A DNA stretch of 63,611 bases from Candidatus Bathyarchaeia archaeon (GCA_038820405.1 JAWAXL010000002.1:1-63611), one strand, 5' to 3'; shown: positions 27,607 to 38,472, numbered from the stretch's first letter. Numbers and translations are program-made. Notes: generated by a model not told the origin, from the letters alone.

Positions 27607-29547
27607 ATGGAGAAGAGGATCAAGGTTGCGTTAGCTGGGAATGCAAATGTTGGGAAGTCGGTGATATTTAATCAATTGACTGGCATCCACCAGCATATTG
27701 GCAACTGGCCTGGAAAGACTGTTGAAAAAGCTGAGGGAACCCTCCATTTTAAGGGCTATATAATTGACATAATTGATTTACCAGGAATATATTCACTATC
27801 AACTTTTTCACTAGAGGAACTAATCTCTAGAGAATATATAGTCAGCGAGAAACCGGATGCTGTGATAAACGTTATTAATGCATCCGTCCTAGAGAGGAAC
27901 CTTTTCTTCACACTCCAGCTAATGGAGCTTAAGACACCATTGATTATAGCCCTTAATCAGATAGATGTTAGTGAAAGAAAAGGGATAAAGATAGATTATA
28001 AGAGACTTGAAGAGATATTGGGAGTACCGGTTGTTCCAACGATCGCCATTAGAGGCAAAGGTATACATGAACTATTATGTGCTATAATTGAGGGTTTTGA
28101 GGGAGACTTTAGGAAACCAAATCCCATAAGATACGGTAGCGAGATCGAGACAAGAATACAGAAGTTAGAAGAGGCTTTGAGGGGCGCCGATTTAAAATAT
28201 CCACTTAGATGGGCTGCTATAAAGATTCTTGAGGGTGATGAGGAAGTTATAAAAGAAGTTAGGAGAGTGAGACCTGAGGCTCTAACATTAGCTGAGAAAC
28301 TAGCTAGAGAAATTGAGGAGATACATGGTCACCCCTGTCCAACAGTGATTGCCTCAGAGCGATATGATATTGCTGGAAAAATTGCTAGAGAGGTTCAGCA
28401 GATTCTACCAGCCATAAAAGTTCCGTTAAGTGATAGGATAGATAGTCTGACGACACATAAAATATATGGTTATATTGTGATGGCCGGAATACTCCTAACA
28501 ATTTTCTATACAATTTTTAGCTTCGGCAGTCTTCTCTCAGATCTTCTTACTAGAATATTTTCTAGCTATGAGGTGATTTTCGAAACAATTTTTGAATCAG
28601 GGTTATTAAAAGATCTGATTTGGGGCGGACTCTTAGAGGGAATTATATCAACAATAACGATAGCATTACCATATATAATTCCGTTTTATCTAATACTTTA
28701 CACCTTAGAGGATTCCGGTTATCTTACCCGAATAGCCTTTCTAATGGATGTATTCATGCATAAAATTGGATTACACGGCAAAGCCTTTATCCCTTTGATA
28801 CTCGGCTATGGATGCAATGTGCCAGCATGCTTAGGCTGCAGAATAATGGAGACCAAAAGGGAAAGGCTCATAGCGGGCTTCGTAGCCACGCTGATTCCAT
28901 GCACAGCACGCACTATTGTGATACTTGGGCTAGTTGGGAGATACCTTGGGATAGGATGGGCCCTATCCTTATATATAATAGATTTGGCTATCGTGTTACT
29001 CTTAGGTAAAATAGCATTTAAAGTTCTTCCGGGGGAAGCGATGGCACTTATAATGGAGATGCCGGAATATAAGGTACCGCACTTGAAGACTGTCGTCAAA
29101 CAAACATGGTTTAGGTTAAAGGAGTTCTTAGAAATAGCCTTACCCCTAATAGTTGTTAGTGGTTTAGTGATTGAGGCGATGAAATCCTTTGGCGTATTAC
29201 CTATTTTATCAGAAGCAATAAGCCCAATAATCGTAGCCTGGCTCGGATTGCCTGAAGTAGTTGGTGTATTGCTAATATTTGGCGTCTTAAGGAAAGAGCT
29301 CACTCTAGTGTTACTTGCAGATCTACTTGGCACAGAAAACATTCCTAGGTATTTTACATCGCTCCAAATGTTCACATTCTCACTAGTTATAATGCTTTAT
29401 GTGCCTTGCATTGCAACTATAGCTGCGTGCGTTAAAGAGTTTGGTTGGAGGAGGGCAATAATAATAGCAGTTATTGAAATCTCATTCGCAATTCTTATAG
29501 GAGGTCTAACCTCCAGGATTTTCGCAATGCTGAAGATGCTCGGATAA
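27607..29547 (+). CDS. feoB: Ferrous iron transport protein B
   Basis: G domain [20 protein letters not shown] and NQID, followed by a polytopic membrane domain. 646 aa. Confidence 0.95.
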   Translation: MEKRIKVALAGNANVGKSVIFNQLTGIHQHIGNWPGKTVEKAEGTLHFKGYIIDIIDLPGIYSLSTFSLEELISREYIVSEKPDAVINVINASVLERNLFFTLQLMELKTPLIIALNQIDVSERKGIKIDYKRLEEILGVPVVPTIAIRGKGIHELLCAIIEGFEGDFRKPNPIRYGSEIETRIQKLEEALRGADLKYPLRWAAIKILEGDEEVIKEVRRVRPEALTLAEKLAREIEEIHGHPCPTVIASERYDIAGKIAREVQQILPAIKVPLSDRIDSLTTHKIYGYIVMAGILLTIFYTIFSFGSLLSDLLTRIFSSYEVIFETIFESGLLKDLIWGGLLEGIISTITIALPYIIPFYLILYTLEDSGYLTRIAFLMDVFMHKIGLHGKAFIPLILGYGCNVPACLGCRIMETKRERLIAGFVATLIPCTARTIVILGLVGRYLGIGWALSLYIIDLAIVLLLGKIAFKVLPGEAMALIMEMPEYKVPHLKTVVKQTWFRLKEFLEIALPLIVVSGLVIEAMKSFGVLPILSEAISPIIVAWLGLPEVVGVLLIFGVLRKELTLVLLADLLGTENIPRYFTSLQMFTFSLVIMLYVPCIATIAACVKEFGWRRAIIIAVIEISFAILIGGLTSRIFAMLKMLG

Positions 29548-29634
29548 ATTCATGAAAAGTCCCATTTAAATCTTAATTCTTAGAGATATCGTTGTTAAAC
29601 CGCGGTACGGGTATGGGGAGCCAAATATGGCGCC

Positions 29635-30750
29635 CTAAATTAGCCTAGGTACTGTCTTCTGCATGGTTAGCGCCCATATTCTACATGTCCCCTCTATCCC
29701 AACCATACATGAACCTATTGGTCTTTGCGGCGTACAGGTTTTCATAAACAATGAGCATTCTATGGGCTTTATCTTTCCTATTATGACTAGGTGGCACTGA
29801 CATCCCGGTGGAATATCCCTTCCTCCTTCGACCCTAATGCTGTATCTCTCATGAGCATCATATTTTAGATATTCTTCCCTAAGCGCAAATGTTGAACCTG
29901 GTATTCTGCCAAGCCCACGCCAATTTCCACTAACAATCTTGAAGGCCCTTTTCATTAACTCCTTAGCTTTAATGTTACCCTCCCACCTCACAGCCCGCCT
30001 ATACTCATTCACTAGGGATGCTGTGCGGTTTTTAATCTGCTTTAAAGCCGCACATATTGCAAGTAGAACATCTATTGGCTCGAACCCAGCCACAACCGTT
30101 GGCATCCGATAAACCTTTGGGAATACCTCATATGGTTCTAAGCCTATAATTGTACTTACATGCCCGGGTGCTATGAAGGCATCTATATACAGGTCACCTA
30201 TCCCCAGCATAAGCTCCATGGCTGGCGGGATAAGCCTATGGGATATTAGGAAACTAAGATTCTCTGGAGGCTTCTTGAGTATTTCATAGGCTGTTGATGG
30301 CGCAGTCGTCTCAAAACCTATTGCAAAGAAGACGAAATCTTTATTTGGTTCTTTTTCAGCTATCCTTACAGCATCCATAACACTATAAACTATACGGACA
30401 TCCGCACCTTTAGCCTTAGCATCAATTGGGGACAGCTGCGAGCCCGAAACCCTAGCGACATCACCAAAACATAGAAGCGTAGACCCACCTAACGCTATCT
30501 TGATTGCTTCATCCACCTCAGAGGCTGGCACAATGCATACTGGACAGCCTGGTCCAGCTATGACGTCAACGTTACCAGGCAATAAACTCCTTATGCCATA
30601 ATGTGATATAGTCCATTCATGCGTTCCACATATATGGCAGATCTTTATGATCTCATTTTTAGGCGTGATCTCATGTATTTTTTCAATTATTCTCTTGGCG
30701 AGAATTGGATCTCTAAAGCCCTTCCAGAACATCTTCTCGCTCCTCTTCAA
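29635..30750 (-). CDS. hypD: [NiFe]-hydrogenase maturation protein HypD
   Basis: CHICGTHEW, GPGCPVC, GFETTAPS and PGHVS motifs. Overlaps the hypC stop. Confidence 0.93.
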   Translation of the reverse strand: MKRSEKMFWKGFRDPILAKRIIEKIHEITPKNEIIKICHICGTHEWTISHYGIRSLLPGNVDVIAGPGCPVCIVPASEVDEAIKIALGGSTLLCFGDVARVSGSQLSPIDAKAKGADVRIVYSVMDAVRIAEKEPNKDFVFFAIGFETTAPSTAYEILKKPPENLSFLISHRLIPPAMELMLGIGDLYIDAFIAPGHVSTIIGLEPYEVFPKVYRMPTVVAGFEPIDVLLAICAALKQIKNRTASLVNEYRRAVRWEGNIKAKELMKRAFKIVSGNWRGLGRIPGSTFALREEYLKYDAHERYSIRVEGGRDIPPGCQCHLVIIGKIKPIECSLFMKTCTPQRPIGSCMVGIEGTCRIWALTMQKTVPRLI

Positions 30751-30958
30751 CCTCTAAAATCTCTCTCCATAATCTTAGAGTCTCCTCGGCCTCCTCCTTA
30801 TCCAAGACCTGTATCGCATAACCAGCATGAACAAGAACATAGTCGCCAACCTTAGCATCAACTAGCGAAACATTTGCCTCCCTGATTACGCCGCCAAAAT
30901 CAACTTTAGCTAAATCTCCGTTTACCTCAATAATCCTCGCGGGAACAGCTAGACACAT
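30713..30958 (-). CDS. hypC: [NiFe]-hydrogenase maturation protein HypC
   Basis: N-terminal MCLAVPARIIEV with the essential Cys2. OB-fold size (81 aa). Confidence 0.92.
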   Translation of the reverse strand: MCLAVPARIIEVNGDLAKVDFGGVIREANVSLVDAKVGDYVLVHAGYAIQVLDKEEAEETLRLWREILEVEEEREDVLEGL

Positions 30959-31028
30959 CTTCTAATCTCCTCAAGATACGAGGACCAGAAATAAATATTT
31001 TTCTAAGATTTAAGAAGTTTTAATTTTT

Positions 31029-33311
31029 TCATCGCTGGAAGAACGCTGCTATAGTTACTTGCCCAAGGGATAAGCCACCATCCCCAGGAGGTACCGCTTC
31101 ATGAACAAAGAAGTTTAGTCCATTATTCTCAACAACCCCGCGCATCATCCCGGCGATTATCTGATTGCATGCGACTCCCCCTGTAAAGCCTACATTCTTT
31201 ATATTATGCTCTACTGCCAGGTTAATGGCTAACTGAGCTAATCCTATAGCTAAATAGGAATGAACAGAGTAGGCTAAATCCCTATTAGGATAATTGTTTC
31301 TCTTCTCAAATAGTGAGACTATCATCTCGGTTGTGTTTAGTTCTGTGCCGCTGATCTGCGGCTTAAGATCAATTGCATTTCTTCCGTGAGTTGCCGCCGA
31401 CTCAAGCTTCATTGCCGGCTCTCCCTCATATGTCCTCTCATAGCATATACCCAAGATTGCTGAGGCTGCATCCAAGACTCTACCACAGCTTGTGGTTTTC
31501 ATCTTTACTCCACCCTTCCTAAGATACGACAGTATTATTTGTGCCTCTCTGGCACCATGAGGTAGGTGGGAGCTATTCTTCATGAGCCAATCTCCTATAT
31601 TTATGCGCTTAGAAAGTATGCCAGCCGCCATCCTAAGCGGATACTTTGTGGCCATATCGCCCCCAAGAAGCGGCTGCTCTTCTAAATGACCTAAGCGTTT
31701 AAATTCTGGCGGATCTAATGAGCCAAGTATTATCTCCCCGCCCCACGCACCCCCATCCTCACCATATCCATAGCCGTCACAACATATGGCTATAATCTCA
31801 TTTAAGCCATGTTCAGCCATTAGGGCTGCCACGTGAGCATAGTGGTGCTGGACTTGGAGTATCTGCCAACCATACTCCTCTGAGAGTCTCTTAGCCAACA
31901 TCGTCGTAGCGAACTTTGGATGCAGATCACATGTAACTACCTCAACATTACAGTTTGTTAAGCGTATCAGTCTTTTAGATGCGGATTCGAGGAACTCTAA
32001 GGTTTCAAGGTTCTCAACATCTCCTATATGCTGTGATAAAAAGGCTTTGCCGCCAATTATGATGCACGCAGTGTTATTCTCTTCGCCTCCAAGCCCAAGT
32101 GCGCAACGCCTGGCCCTAAACTTCAGCCTGATTGGTTCCGGTGCATATCCTCTTGACCTTCTTATAAAGACAAATTTGTCATCATGTAGGCGTAGAACTG
32201 AATCATCACATCTATGAGCTATCCGCCTATTATGCAGCAAAAAATAATCTACTAGACCACGTAATCTTCTAAACGCCTCGCTATCATCCTTAACTATTGG
32301 CTGGTTTGGGGGATTGGCGCTGGTCATAACGAGGGCTGGGTCTGAAATCTGGTCAAAGAGCATGTAATGTAATCCAGAGTATGGGAGCATAACGCCAATA
32401 TTGTGTAGGCCAGGAGAAATAAGCTCAGACAAATAATAATTTTCGCTTTTCTTTAGTAGAACTATTGGTCGTGCATATGATTTTAAAACTGCCTCCTCCC
32501 TTGGGCTAACTTCAGCGAAAGTTTTCACAGCTTCTAGGCTCTTAGCCATTATTGCAAAGGGCTTCTGCTCTCTATGCTTAGCCATCCTTAACCTTTTAAG
32601 CGGTTCATCAAGGAGCGCTGAGGCAGCTATATGGAAACCTCCATAACCCTTCACCGCAACAATATATCCCTCTGAAACGATCTTTCCAGCCTCCCTAATT
32701 GAATCTGCGCACTCAACTCTTACACCATCAGCGTCCACCAGGTACGCCTTTGGACCACATCTTGGACATGCAACCGTTTGCGCATGAAATCTTCTGTTAA
32801 GTGGATCCACATATTCTGATCTGCAGAAGTCACACATCTGAAAGTCTCGCATCGTAGTATTCTCCCTATCATATGGAACATCTTCAATTATTGTATATCT
32901 TGGTCCGCAATTCACGCATGTTATAAAGAAATAATTGTATCTTGGGTTAGAGGGGTCGCGCATCTCCATAAGGCATTCTTCGCATATGGCTATGTCTGAG
33001 GGTATGATTGAACCAGATAGCTCTGACTCATCAGAGCTCTTGGATATCTCAAAACCCTTATAATCTTCTTCAGTCCCCTCAACCGACGTTGTTATAATTT
33101 CATGTATTCTGGCATGCGGAGGTTTCTTCTCGACAAGATCTCTCAGAAAACTCTTTATATTTTCATCTTCGCCATCAACAACTATCTCTACACATGAGTC
33201 TCCTCTATTCTTAACATAGCCTTTTAAGTGATTCTTGATGGAAATCCTATATATGAATGGGCGAAAGCCAACTCCTTGAACTATGCCCGAAACAATTATT
33301 TTTAAACGCAT
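31029..33311 (-). CDS. hypF: Carbamoyltransferase HypF
   Basis: Acylphosphatase VQGVGFRPF, four CxxC zinc-finger pairs (CEECLMEM, CVNCGPRY, CDFCRSEY, CPRCGPK), and YrdC-like plus Kae1-like domains. 760 aa. Confidence 0.95.
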   Translation of the reverse strand: MRLKIIVSGIVQGVGFRPFIYRISIKNHLKGYVKNRGDSCVEIVVDGEDENIKSFLRDLVEKKPPHARIHEIITTSVEGTEEDYKGFEISKSSDESELSGSIIPSDIAICEECLMEMRDPSNPRYNYFFITCVNCGPRYTIIEDVPYDRENTTMRDFQMCDFCRSEYVDPLNRRFHAQTVACPRCGPKAYLVDADGVRVECADSIREAGKIVSEGYIVAVKGYGGFHIAASALLDEPLKRLRMAKHREQKPFAIMAKSLEAVKTFAEVSPREEAVLKSYARPIVLLKKSENYYLSELISPGLHNIGVMLPYSGLHYMLFDQISDPALVMTSANPPNQPIVKDDSEAFRRLRGLVDYFLLHNRRIAHRCDDSVLRLHDDKFVFIRRSRGYAPEPIRLKFRARRCALGLGGEENNTACIIIGGKAFLSQHIGDVENLETLEFLESASKRLIRLTNCNVEVVTCDLHPKFATTMLAKRLSEEYGWQILQVQHHYAHVAALMAEHGLNEIIAICCDGYGYGEDGGAWGGEIILGSLDPPEFKRLGHLEEQPLLGGDMATKYPLRMAAGILSKRINIGDWLMKNSSHLPHGAREAQIILSYLRKGGVKMKTTSCGRVLDAASAILGICYERTYEGEPAMKLESAATHGRNAIDLKPQISGTELNTTEMIVSLFEKRNNYPNRDLAYSVHSYLAIGLAQLAINLAVEHNIKNVGFTGGVACNQIIAGMMRGVVENNGLNFFVHEAVPPGDGGLSLGQVTIAAFFQR

Positions 33312-33334
33312 AGCTTAAATTCTCTATCATTCTT

Positions 33335-34222
33335 TTAGGTGCTTAAAATCTTCTTTAGGATTTTTGTGGGCTTCACGCGTAGTTCCTCAAAGCCTATTTC
33401 CTCCGGATTCATCCCCATTGCTAAGCCGAGAAGCTGTGTGTAATGTAATACTGGAATGTCATATTTTTCGCCAAACATCCTCTCAGCCCGCAATTGATTC
33501 GCATCATACATTATATGGCAGCCTGGACAAATAGTTATTAATGCATCTGCGCCAGCCTCCTTAACATGTACGAGTTTCTCTCTAACTAGGGATAGTGATA
33601 TTTTTTCATCTAAAGCGGCTACTGTTGAACCACAGCACTCAGTCTCCCCTAGGTACTCGACAGACTTTGCCCCAGTAGCACTAATTAGCATTTTCAGAGC
33701 TCTCGGATTTTCAGGATCCTCAAATCCAATATATTTCCTCGGCCTTGAGAGATGACAACCACTATGCCCAGCGACCCTAAGATTCTTAAGCGGTCTGGTG
33801 ATTGCTCTCCTAATATTGTCAATGCCAATATCCTCAATCATAACTTGTGATATATGCTTAACTTCCGTGCCTTCCTTAAACTCTAGGCCAGTCTTTCTCA
33901 TATGATCGTTAATCTCCTCCCTAAGCGCCTTATTCTCTTTAAGAGCCCTTCTAGTCTTCTTTAATGTACCAGCGCAGCCGGGACAGAGGGCCAAAATATT
34001 TAAGCCAGTCTGCTCCGCCACAGCAAGGTTTCTCGCGGAAAGGATGAGCATTATCTCGTGGCTTAATGGTTCAAGTGGGAGACCACAACAATTGAATTCC
34101 GGCATCTCAACTAATTCCACACCAAGCTTATCTAAGACTTTCCTAGCAGATATCTCGTAAGAAGAAAGCCTATATGGGATAACGCAACCCAAATAAACTA
34201 GGTATTTTTTGCTCATACCCAT
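33335..34222 (-). CDS. HdrB-like protein with two CCG domains (copy 1)
   Basis: First repeat LGCVIPY...FNCCGLP...LCPGCAG. Second repeat HSGCHLSRP...ECCGST...ICPGCHIMY. Start overlaps the HdrC-like stop by 10 nt. Confidence 0.85.
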   Translation of the reverse strand: MGMSKKYLVYLGCVIPYRLSSYEISARKVLDKLGVELVEMPEFNCCGLPLEPLSHEIMLILSARNLAVAEQTGLNILALCPGCAGTLKKTRRALKENKALREEINDHMRKTGLEFKEGTEVKHISQVMIEDIGIDNIRRAITRPLKNLRVAGHSGCHLSRPRKYIGFEDPENPRALKMLISATGAKSVEYLGETECCGSTVAALDEKISLSLVREKLVHVKEAGADALITICPGCHIMYDANQLRAERMFGEKYDIPVLHYTQLLGLAMGMNPEEIGFEELRVKPTKILKKILST

Positions 34223-34764
34223 ACATCAGTCTCCCCATGTTTCTCATAAGCTCCCTTAAGGAATTTCTCAACACCTATGCCTTCAAGGGACTTATTTAAG
34301 CTCTCAATATTAGCTTTCGGCAGCGGTGGGAGGTTAAGAGTCCCCCGCCTCTTAATCCTCGATTCAGGAATTTCATATACATAACCGGTCTTAATCAAGT
34401 TGCCTAAAAGGACTTTAAAGACTTCAGGTATCCGCCCCTCCATCACAGCCATGTTTTTCAGGATTCTTATTATACTTGCAACTTCAATACCTTGAGGGCA
34501 TCTGTCGGTGCAAGTGAAGCATGAGGCACAGAGCCATATAAAGCCGCTGCTTAAAACTTTTTCCTTTAGCCCCAACTGAGCCATCCTGATGATCTTTCGT
34601 GGTCTATATTCATCACTAAACCTTGCAATGGGGCAGTCAGATGTACATGTTCCACATTGGAAGCATTGCAGAAGCTTTTCTCCACCTGGCATCTTAACGA
34701 CTTCATACTTAAACTTTGGATCTATCCTAGATACTAATACATCTTTCCCGACCACTTCAGACAA
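34213..34764 (-). CDS. HdrC-like 2x[4Fe-4S] protein
   Basis: CFQCGTCTSDCP and CASCFTCTDRCP with HdrC-like spacing. TTG start 7 nt after GGAGG. Confidence 0.8.
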   Translation of the reverse strand: MSEVVGKDVLVSRIDPKFKYEVVKMPGGEKLLQCFQCGTCTSDCPIARFSDEYRPRKIIRMAQLGLKEKVLSSGFIWLCASCFTCTDRCPQGIEVASIIRILKNMAVMEGRIPEVFKVLLGNLIKTGYVYEIPESRIKRRGTLNLPPLPKANIESLNKSLEGIGVEKFLKGAYEKHGETDVWV

Positions 34765-34858
34765 TTTTAGTCCTCCTTAAATATGGAACTTCTCAACATT
34801 TATCTTAATTAAAGAAAAAGAGAGGGTGGAATAAAAATATGCCTATTTTTTCAACATG

Positions 34859-35764
34859 CTAAAGTCTTCTAATCTTCTCTGAGAGACTTGTGAGAAGACT
34901 CTTTGCCCTCCTTATATTATCTATTTTCCTCCTACAATTTATGCACACTTTCATTGCACTTGATATATTGTCACTAAAGACTTTGTATGCTGGAATCTTC
35001 TCCTCAACAACGCGCTTTAACGCCCAATTTATCTGCTTCTCTGGGAAAAATGTCCCACCACATATAGCGCAGGTAAGCAGATCAACATCATTCTCTACTC
35101 TAGTGGTTTGCGGGTCATTTGTTAATAAGTGGTATGTTCCAGTAAGCTTTATTGCCTGCGTTGGGCACTCATCCTGACAGAAGGCACAGAATGTACAGTG
35201 GGAATATTTGACCCTAATAATCCTCTTTTCAGGTCCATCAATAACATCTATCGCATCCCCCGTGCAGATTTGGGAGCATGCACCACATCCAATACATTTC
35301 TCCTTATCGATTTCATGTCTCCCACGGAAGCCCTCAGGAGTTTTCCAGAAATCCTCCTTCTCCTCACTCTTCACACCAAGTATGTCGGCAACGGCTTTAA
35401 TAATGGCTTGTGGGCGGGGCGGGCATCCAGGAATATAATAGTTAACTGGCACAAGTTTATTTGGTGGGCCAACTATTGGGTAACCTTTCTCGAAGATATT
35501 CGCTGTTATTGAACAGTTCCCCACGGCAATTACTATTTTAGGCGGGTTTATTTTCTCATAGACCTCTAGTAGGAAATCCTTACCTTTAACTGTCCCGGCA
35601 CCACTTAAGATTAGAACATTTGCCTTCTCTGTTTCCTCGACAACTTCAACCCCTAAGTTAGCAAGCCCATATCTCGGGGCAAGACACTCTAGGATCTCAA
35701 CATCGCAGGCGTTGCAGCCAGCGGAGAGGAAACGGTAAACGGAAATCTTAGCCACATAAATCAC
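34859..35764 (-). CDS. [NiFe]-hydrogenase small subunit (NuoB/EchC-like) fused to a 2x[4Fe-4S] ferredoxin domain and a C-terminal four-Cys tail
   Basis: NuoB-type cluster ligands GCNACDVE, GNCS and PGCPPRP. Then CIGCGACSQIC and CTFCAFCQDECP. Then CAICGG...CINCRRK. Confidence 0.85.
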   Translation of the reverse strand: MIYVAKISVYRFLSAGCNACDVEILECLAPRYGLANLGVEVVEETEKANVLILSGAGTVKGKDFLLEVYEKINPPKIVIAVGNCSITANIFEKGYPIVGPPNKLVPVNYYIPGCPPRPQAIIKAVADILGVKSEEKEDFWKTPEGFRGRHEIDKEKCIGCGACSQICTGDAIDVIDGPEKRIIRVKYSHCTFCAFCQDECPTQAIKLTGTYHLLTNDPQTTRVENDVDLLTCAICGGTFFPEKQINWALKRVVEEKIPAYKVFSDNISSAMKVCINCRRKIDNIRRAKSLLTSLSEKIRRL

Positions 35765-35782
35765 CTCCCAACTACTTTAGGG

Positions 35783-36901
35783 CTATAACCCTCTCCTCTT
35801 CCCAGTCTTAACATCAACAACCGTAACGCGGTCAGTGCAAGCGAAGCATGGATCTATGCTTTCTATCACCGCCCTAGCGTTCTTAAGAATCTCCCCCTTG
35901 AGCATTGCGAGTATAGCAAAATTGTTAGCATATGAGGGAGTTCGGACCTTAACTCTCTCAGGAATATTGGTTCCATTAGACCTAATATAGTAGATCAGCT
36001 CACCACGCGGGGCCTCTGTTCTACCAATTTCCTCGCCAACTCTAGGCTCACCTGGCTTCACGGCGATATCTCCCGGTGGGAGATTATCTAGAGATTGCTC
36101 AATGATCTTCATGCTCTCATACGTCTCCCTAGCCCTGACGAGACTTTTTGCGCGGAGGTCTCCATCCCTCTCGACTATAACCTCCCAATCGAGCTTATCA
36201 TAGGCTGCATATGGGTCATCCTTTCTTACGTCGCTGGCTACTCCAGAAGCCCTTAACACCGGACCTACGGCGCCGACTTCTATAGCCTTGTTCCTTGGTA
36301 GAACTCCCACCCCTTTAGTCTTCTTAGTGAAGAGTCCATTGTCATCTAAGAGCGACATAATATAGTCTGAGAGGGGTTTAAGGGTTCCCAGGACCTTTCG
36401 TATCTTCTTAGCCTTTTCTGAAGTAATATCCCTGCGCACGCCCCCAATAGTGTTTATAGTGTAGTTGATTCTATTCCCAGTTAAATATTCGAGTAGATCC
36501 TGAATTATCTCCCTCTCGCCCATTATTTTAGCAAATACTTCGTGCTCATGTAGAGTGTGAGCCAGTATACTGAACCATAGATAGTGGCTGTGCAGGCGCT
36601 CAAGCTCCATATATATACATCTTAGATACTTAGCTCTCTCTGGAACCTCTATGCCCATTAACCCCTCAACGGTCTGAACATAGCATAGTGTGTGTATCCC
36701 ACTACATATACCACATATTCTCTCAGCTAAGGCTATATTTTGCATATAGGTCCTTGTGGTGAAGAGCTTCTCTATGCCCCTATGCATGTATCCAAGCTCC
36801 ATCTTAGCATCAATTATTCTATCTCCCTCAACCAGGAGCTCAAAACGCTCGGGCTCAACTAGCTGCGGGCGATATGGGCCAATATAAACCTTCTCAGGCA
36901 T
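35783..36901 (-). CDS. [NiFe]-hydrogenase large subunit, group 4 (Ech/Mbh/FHL-like)
   Basis: N-terminal Ni-ligand motif RICGICSGIH and C-terminal DPCFACTDR, followed by a 14-aa extension (VTVVDVKTGKRRGL) of the kind removed by a HycI-type protease. 372 aa, NuoD-like body. Confidence 0.9.
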   Translation of the reverse strand: MPEKVYIGPYRPQLVEPERFELLVEGDRIIDAKMELGYMHRGIEKLFTTRTYMQNIALAERICGICSGIHTLCYVQTVEGLMGIEVPERAKYLRCIYMELERLHSHYLWFSILAHTLHEHEVFAKIMGEREIIQDLLEYLTGNRINYTINTIGGVRRDITSEKAKKIRKVLGTLKPLSDYIMSLLDDNGLFTKKTKGVGVLPRNKAIEVGAVGPVLRASGVASDVRKDDPYAAYDKLDWEVIVERDGDLRAKSLVRARETYESMKIIEQSLDNLPPGDIAVKPGEPRVGEEIGRTEAPRGELIYYIRSNGTNIPERVKVRTPSYANNFAILAMLKGEILKNARAVIESIDPCFACTDRVTVVDVKTGKRRGL

Positions 36902-36904
36902 AAA

Positions 36905-37789
36905 TTACACCCCCAACCTCTTAACTAATTGTGGAACGGGACTCCTATGGAATTCTATGAGCAGCTCCTTAGATGGAACGCCAAATGACAAGGCTAGTAG
37001 CTCCATGAGATTTAGACATGGAACATTGAACTGGATTCTATGCGACTTCAGCATCACTTGGCCGAGCTCAAATTGTATTATACATGCTGGGCAAGCTGTG
37101 ACTACGGCATCCGCGCCAGCGCTAGTAATCTTACTGAGCTTTCTGGCCAACCTCTCCTTAAGTGAGAATTCCTCATCTGCCTGCATACTCGGGTATCCGC
37201 AGCACATACGCTCAAGACCGTAATCCACTATCTGGGCCCCTGTCCATTCAACTATTTCTCTCATCATATGTGGTTTTCGCATTATGTCAGTGCTTTTATA
37301 CTCACGGTGGAGGTGGCAGCCATAATGTAATGCGACACGGATATTCAGCGGCTTAATTACTGAACCCTTAATCTTAGCTAAGCCGACATCCTCATGGAGA
37401 ACCTCAATAACATGCTTAACATCTATCTTACCCTTATATTCCTTGCCATACTTCCTAATAACCTCATTGACTTTACTCCTTTTCTCCGCATCGTGCTTAA
37501 GAATCTCATTTGCCTCGGCCAGAGTTTCGTAGCAGCCGTTACATAAGATCATCATGTCTAGGTCTAGTTCCTCAGCCAATGTTAAGTTCCTCGCAGATAT
37601 TATAAGCGCAGCATCCTCGTTAACTAGGCGGGATATTACAGGTTCAGGACAACAGGAGTATCCTAGTAAATCAACAGCCTCTATGTTAAGCCTCTTGAAA
37701 ACCTTCCTCGTGGCTACCTCAATGTTGGGTAAGCGCATTGGGATCTGGCAGCCGAGGAAGAGGACATATTTAACCATGTCCATCACCAC
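36905..37789 (-). CDS. HdrB-like protein with two CCG domains (copy 2), embedded between NuoC-like and large subunit genes
   Basis: First repeat LGCQIPM...YSCCPEP...LCNGCYETL. Second repeat HYGCHLHRE...MCCGYP...ACPACIIQF. The start codon shares 1 nt with the upstream stop (TAATG). Confidence 0.85.
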   Translation of the reverse strand: MVMDMVKYVLFLGCQIPMRLPNIEVATRKVFKRLNIEAVDLLGYSCCPEPVISRLVNEDAALIISARNLTLAEELDLDMMILCNGCYETLAEANEILKHDAEKRSKVNEVIRKYGKEYKGKIDVKHVIEVLHEDVGLAKIKGSVIKPLNIRVALHYGCHLHREYKSTDIMRKPHMMREIVEWTGAQIVDYGLERMCCGYPSMQADEEFSLKERLARKLSKITSAGADAVVTACPACIIQFELGQVMLKSHRIQFNVPCLNLMELLALSFGVPSKELLIEFHRSPVPQLVKRLGV

Positions 37790-38472
37790 TACTTATACCT
37801 GAGCTTCTTCTTCCCCCAATCAAATCCGATTCTCTCACTCATACCAGAAGCTTTGATGACGTCATGATATTCTCCTAGAATCTTCTCATCCGTGAATGGG
37901 AAGGGTGCGGATTTCAATAAACCAATCTCCTCACGCTTCTTCTGAACAAAGGCTGATATCGGGGCCACACAACCACTAGATATCAAGGCCTCGACGACGG
38001 GTCTAGCCTTTGATGGTAAAATACCCTCAAAGGGTCTCTTTAGCGGCCTTTTATCTTCAGGCCAATCCTTAATTAGCACTAGGCCAGCCGGCTCTGGTTC
38101 TGGGTGATTGATAAGTTTGATCCCAAATAGGTCTGAGATCTCCCTCTCAATGAAATTTGCGGCTGGAACAAGATCTGCTATTGAGTCAAGTATAGGTTCC
38201 TCTTTCGGCCTTAAACTTCTGAGAGTTAGGATAATACCATTGATGTGAAAGTGGTATAGATATTCCATGTCTAAGCCATTGTCTATCGCGGAGAGCGTTA
38301 TGAAGCGTATATCCATATACTTATCCACTAGGGTTTTTATAGCCTTTCTAACGGCTGCTGGCTTAACCTCAGCGAATATTCTCCTCTCACGCTGTCTATA
38401 AAGCTTTATTAAATCGTCCCCTAAAACCTCCCTCAAGTAATTCATTATTCTAGATTCTATCGGCAAAACCAT
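37789..38472 (-). CDS. NuoC/EchD-like 30-kDa subunit
   Basis: FITLSAIDNG.DMEYLYHF...LVPAANFIEREISDLFGIKL is typical of NuoC-family hydrogenase subunits. Confidence 0.8.
   Translation of the reverse strand: MVLPIESRIMNYLREVLGDDLIKLYRQRERRIFAEVKPAAVRKAIKTLVDKYMDIRFITLSAIDNGLDMEYLYHFHINGIILTLRSLRPKEEPILDSIADLVPAANFIEREISDLFGIKLINHPEPEPAGLVLIKDWPEDKRPLKRPFEGILPSKARPVVEALISSGCVAPISAFVQKKREEIGLLKSAPFPFTDEKILGEYHDVIKASGMSERIGFDWGKKKLRYK

Noticed and set aside
28806-29375. Long antisense ORFs inside real genes (for example 28806-29375 in feoB, 40441-40923 in ecfA, 15415-15849 in SBDS, 11989-12486 in Brix/pcc1, 63016-63417 in cdc48, 2054-2437 in rpoA)
   Set aside because: Each lies fully within a strongly supported gene on the other strand. 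The translated sequences are Ser/Leu/Pro-rich and lack motifs, which is typical of shadow ORFs.
33335-34764. Reading the HdrB/HdrC-like genes as evidence for methanogenesis (CoM-S-S-CoB reduction)
   Set aside because: No mcr, mtr, hdrA, mvh or coenzyme M/B biosynthesis gene is in the window. CCG-domain and HdrC-like proteins occur widely in non-methanogens (Lut, Glp, Glc, Sdh type E, Dsr/Qmo-associated), so the substrate is left open.
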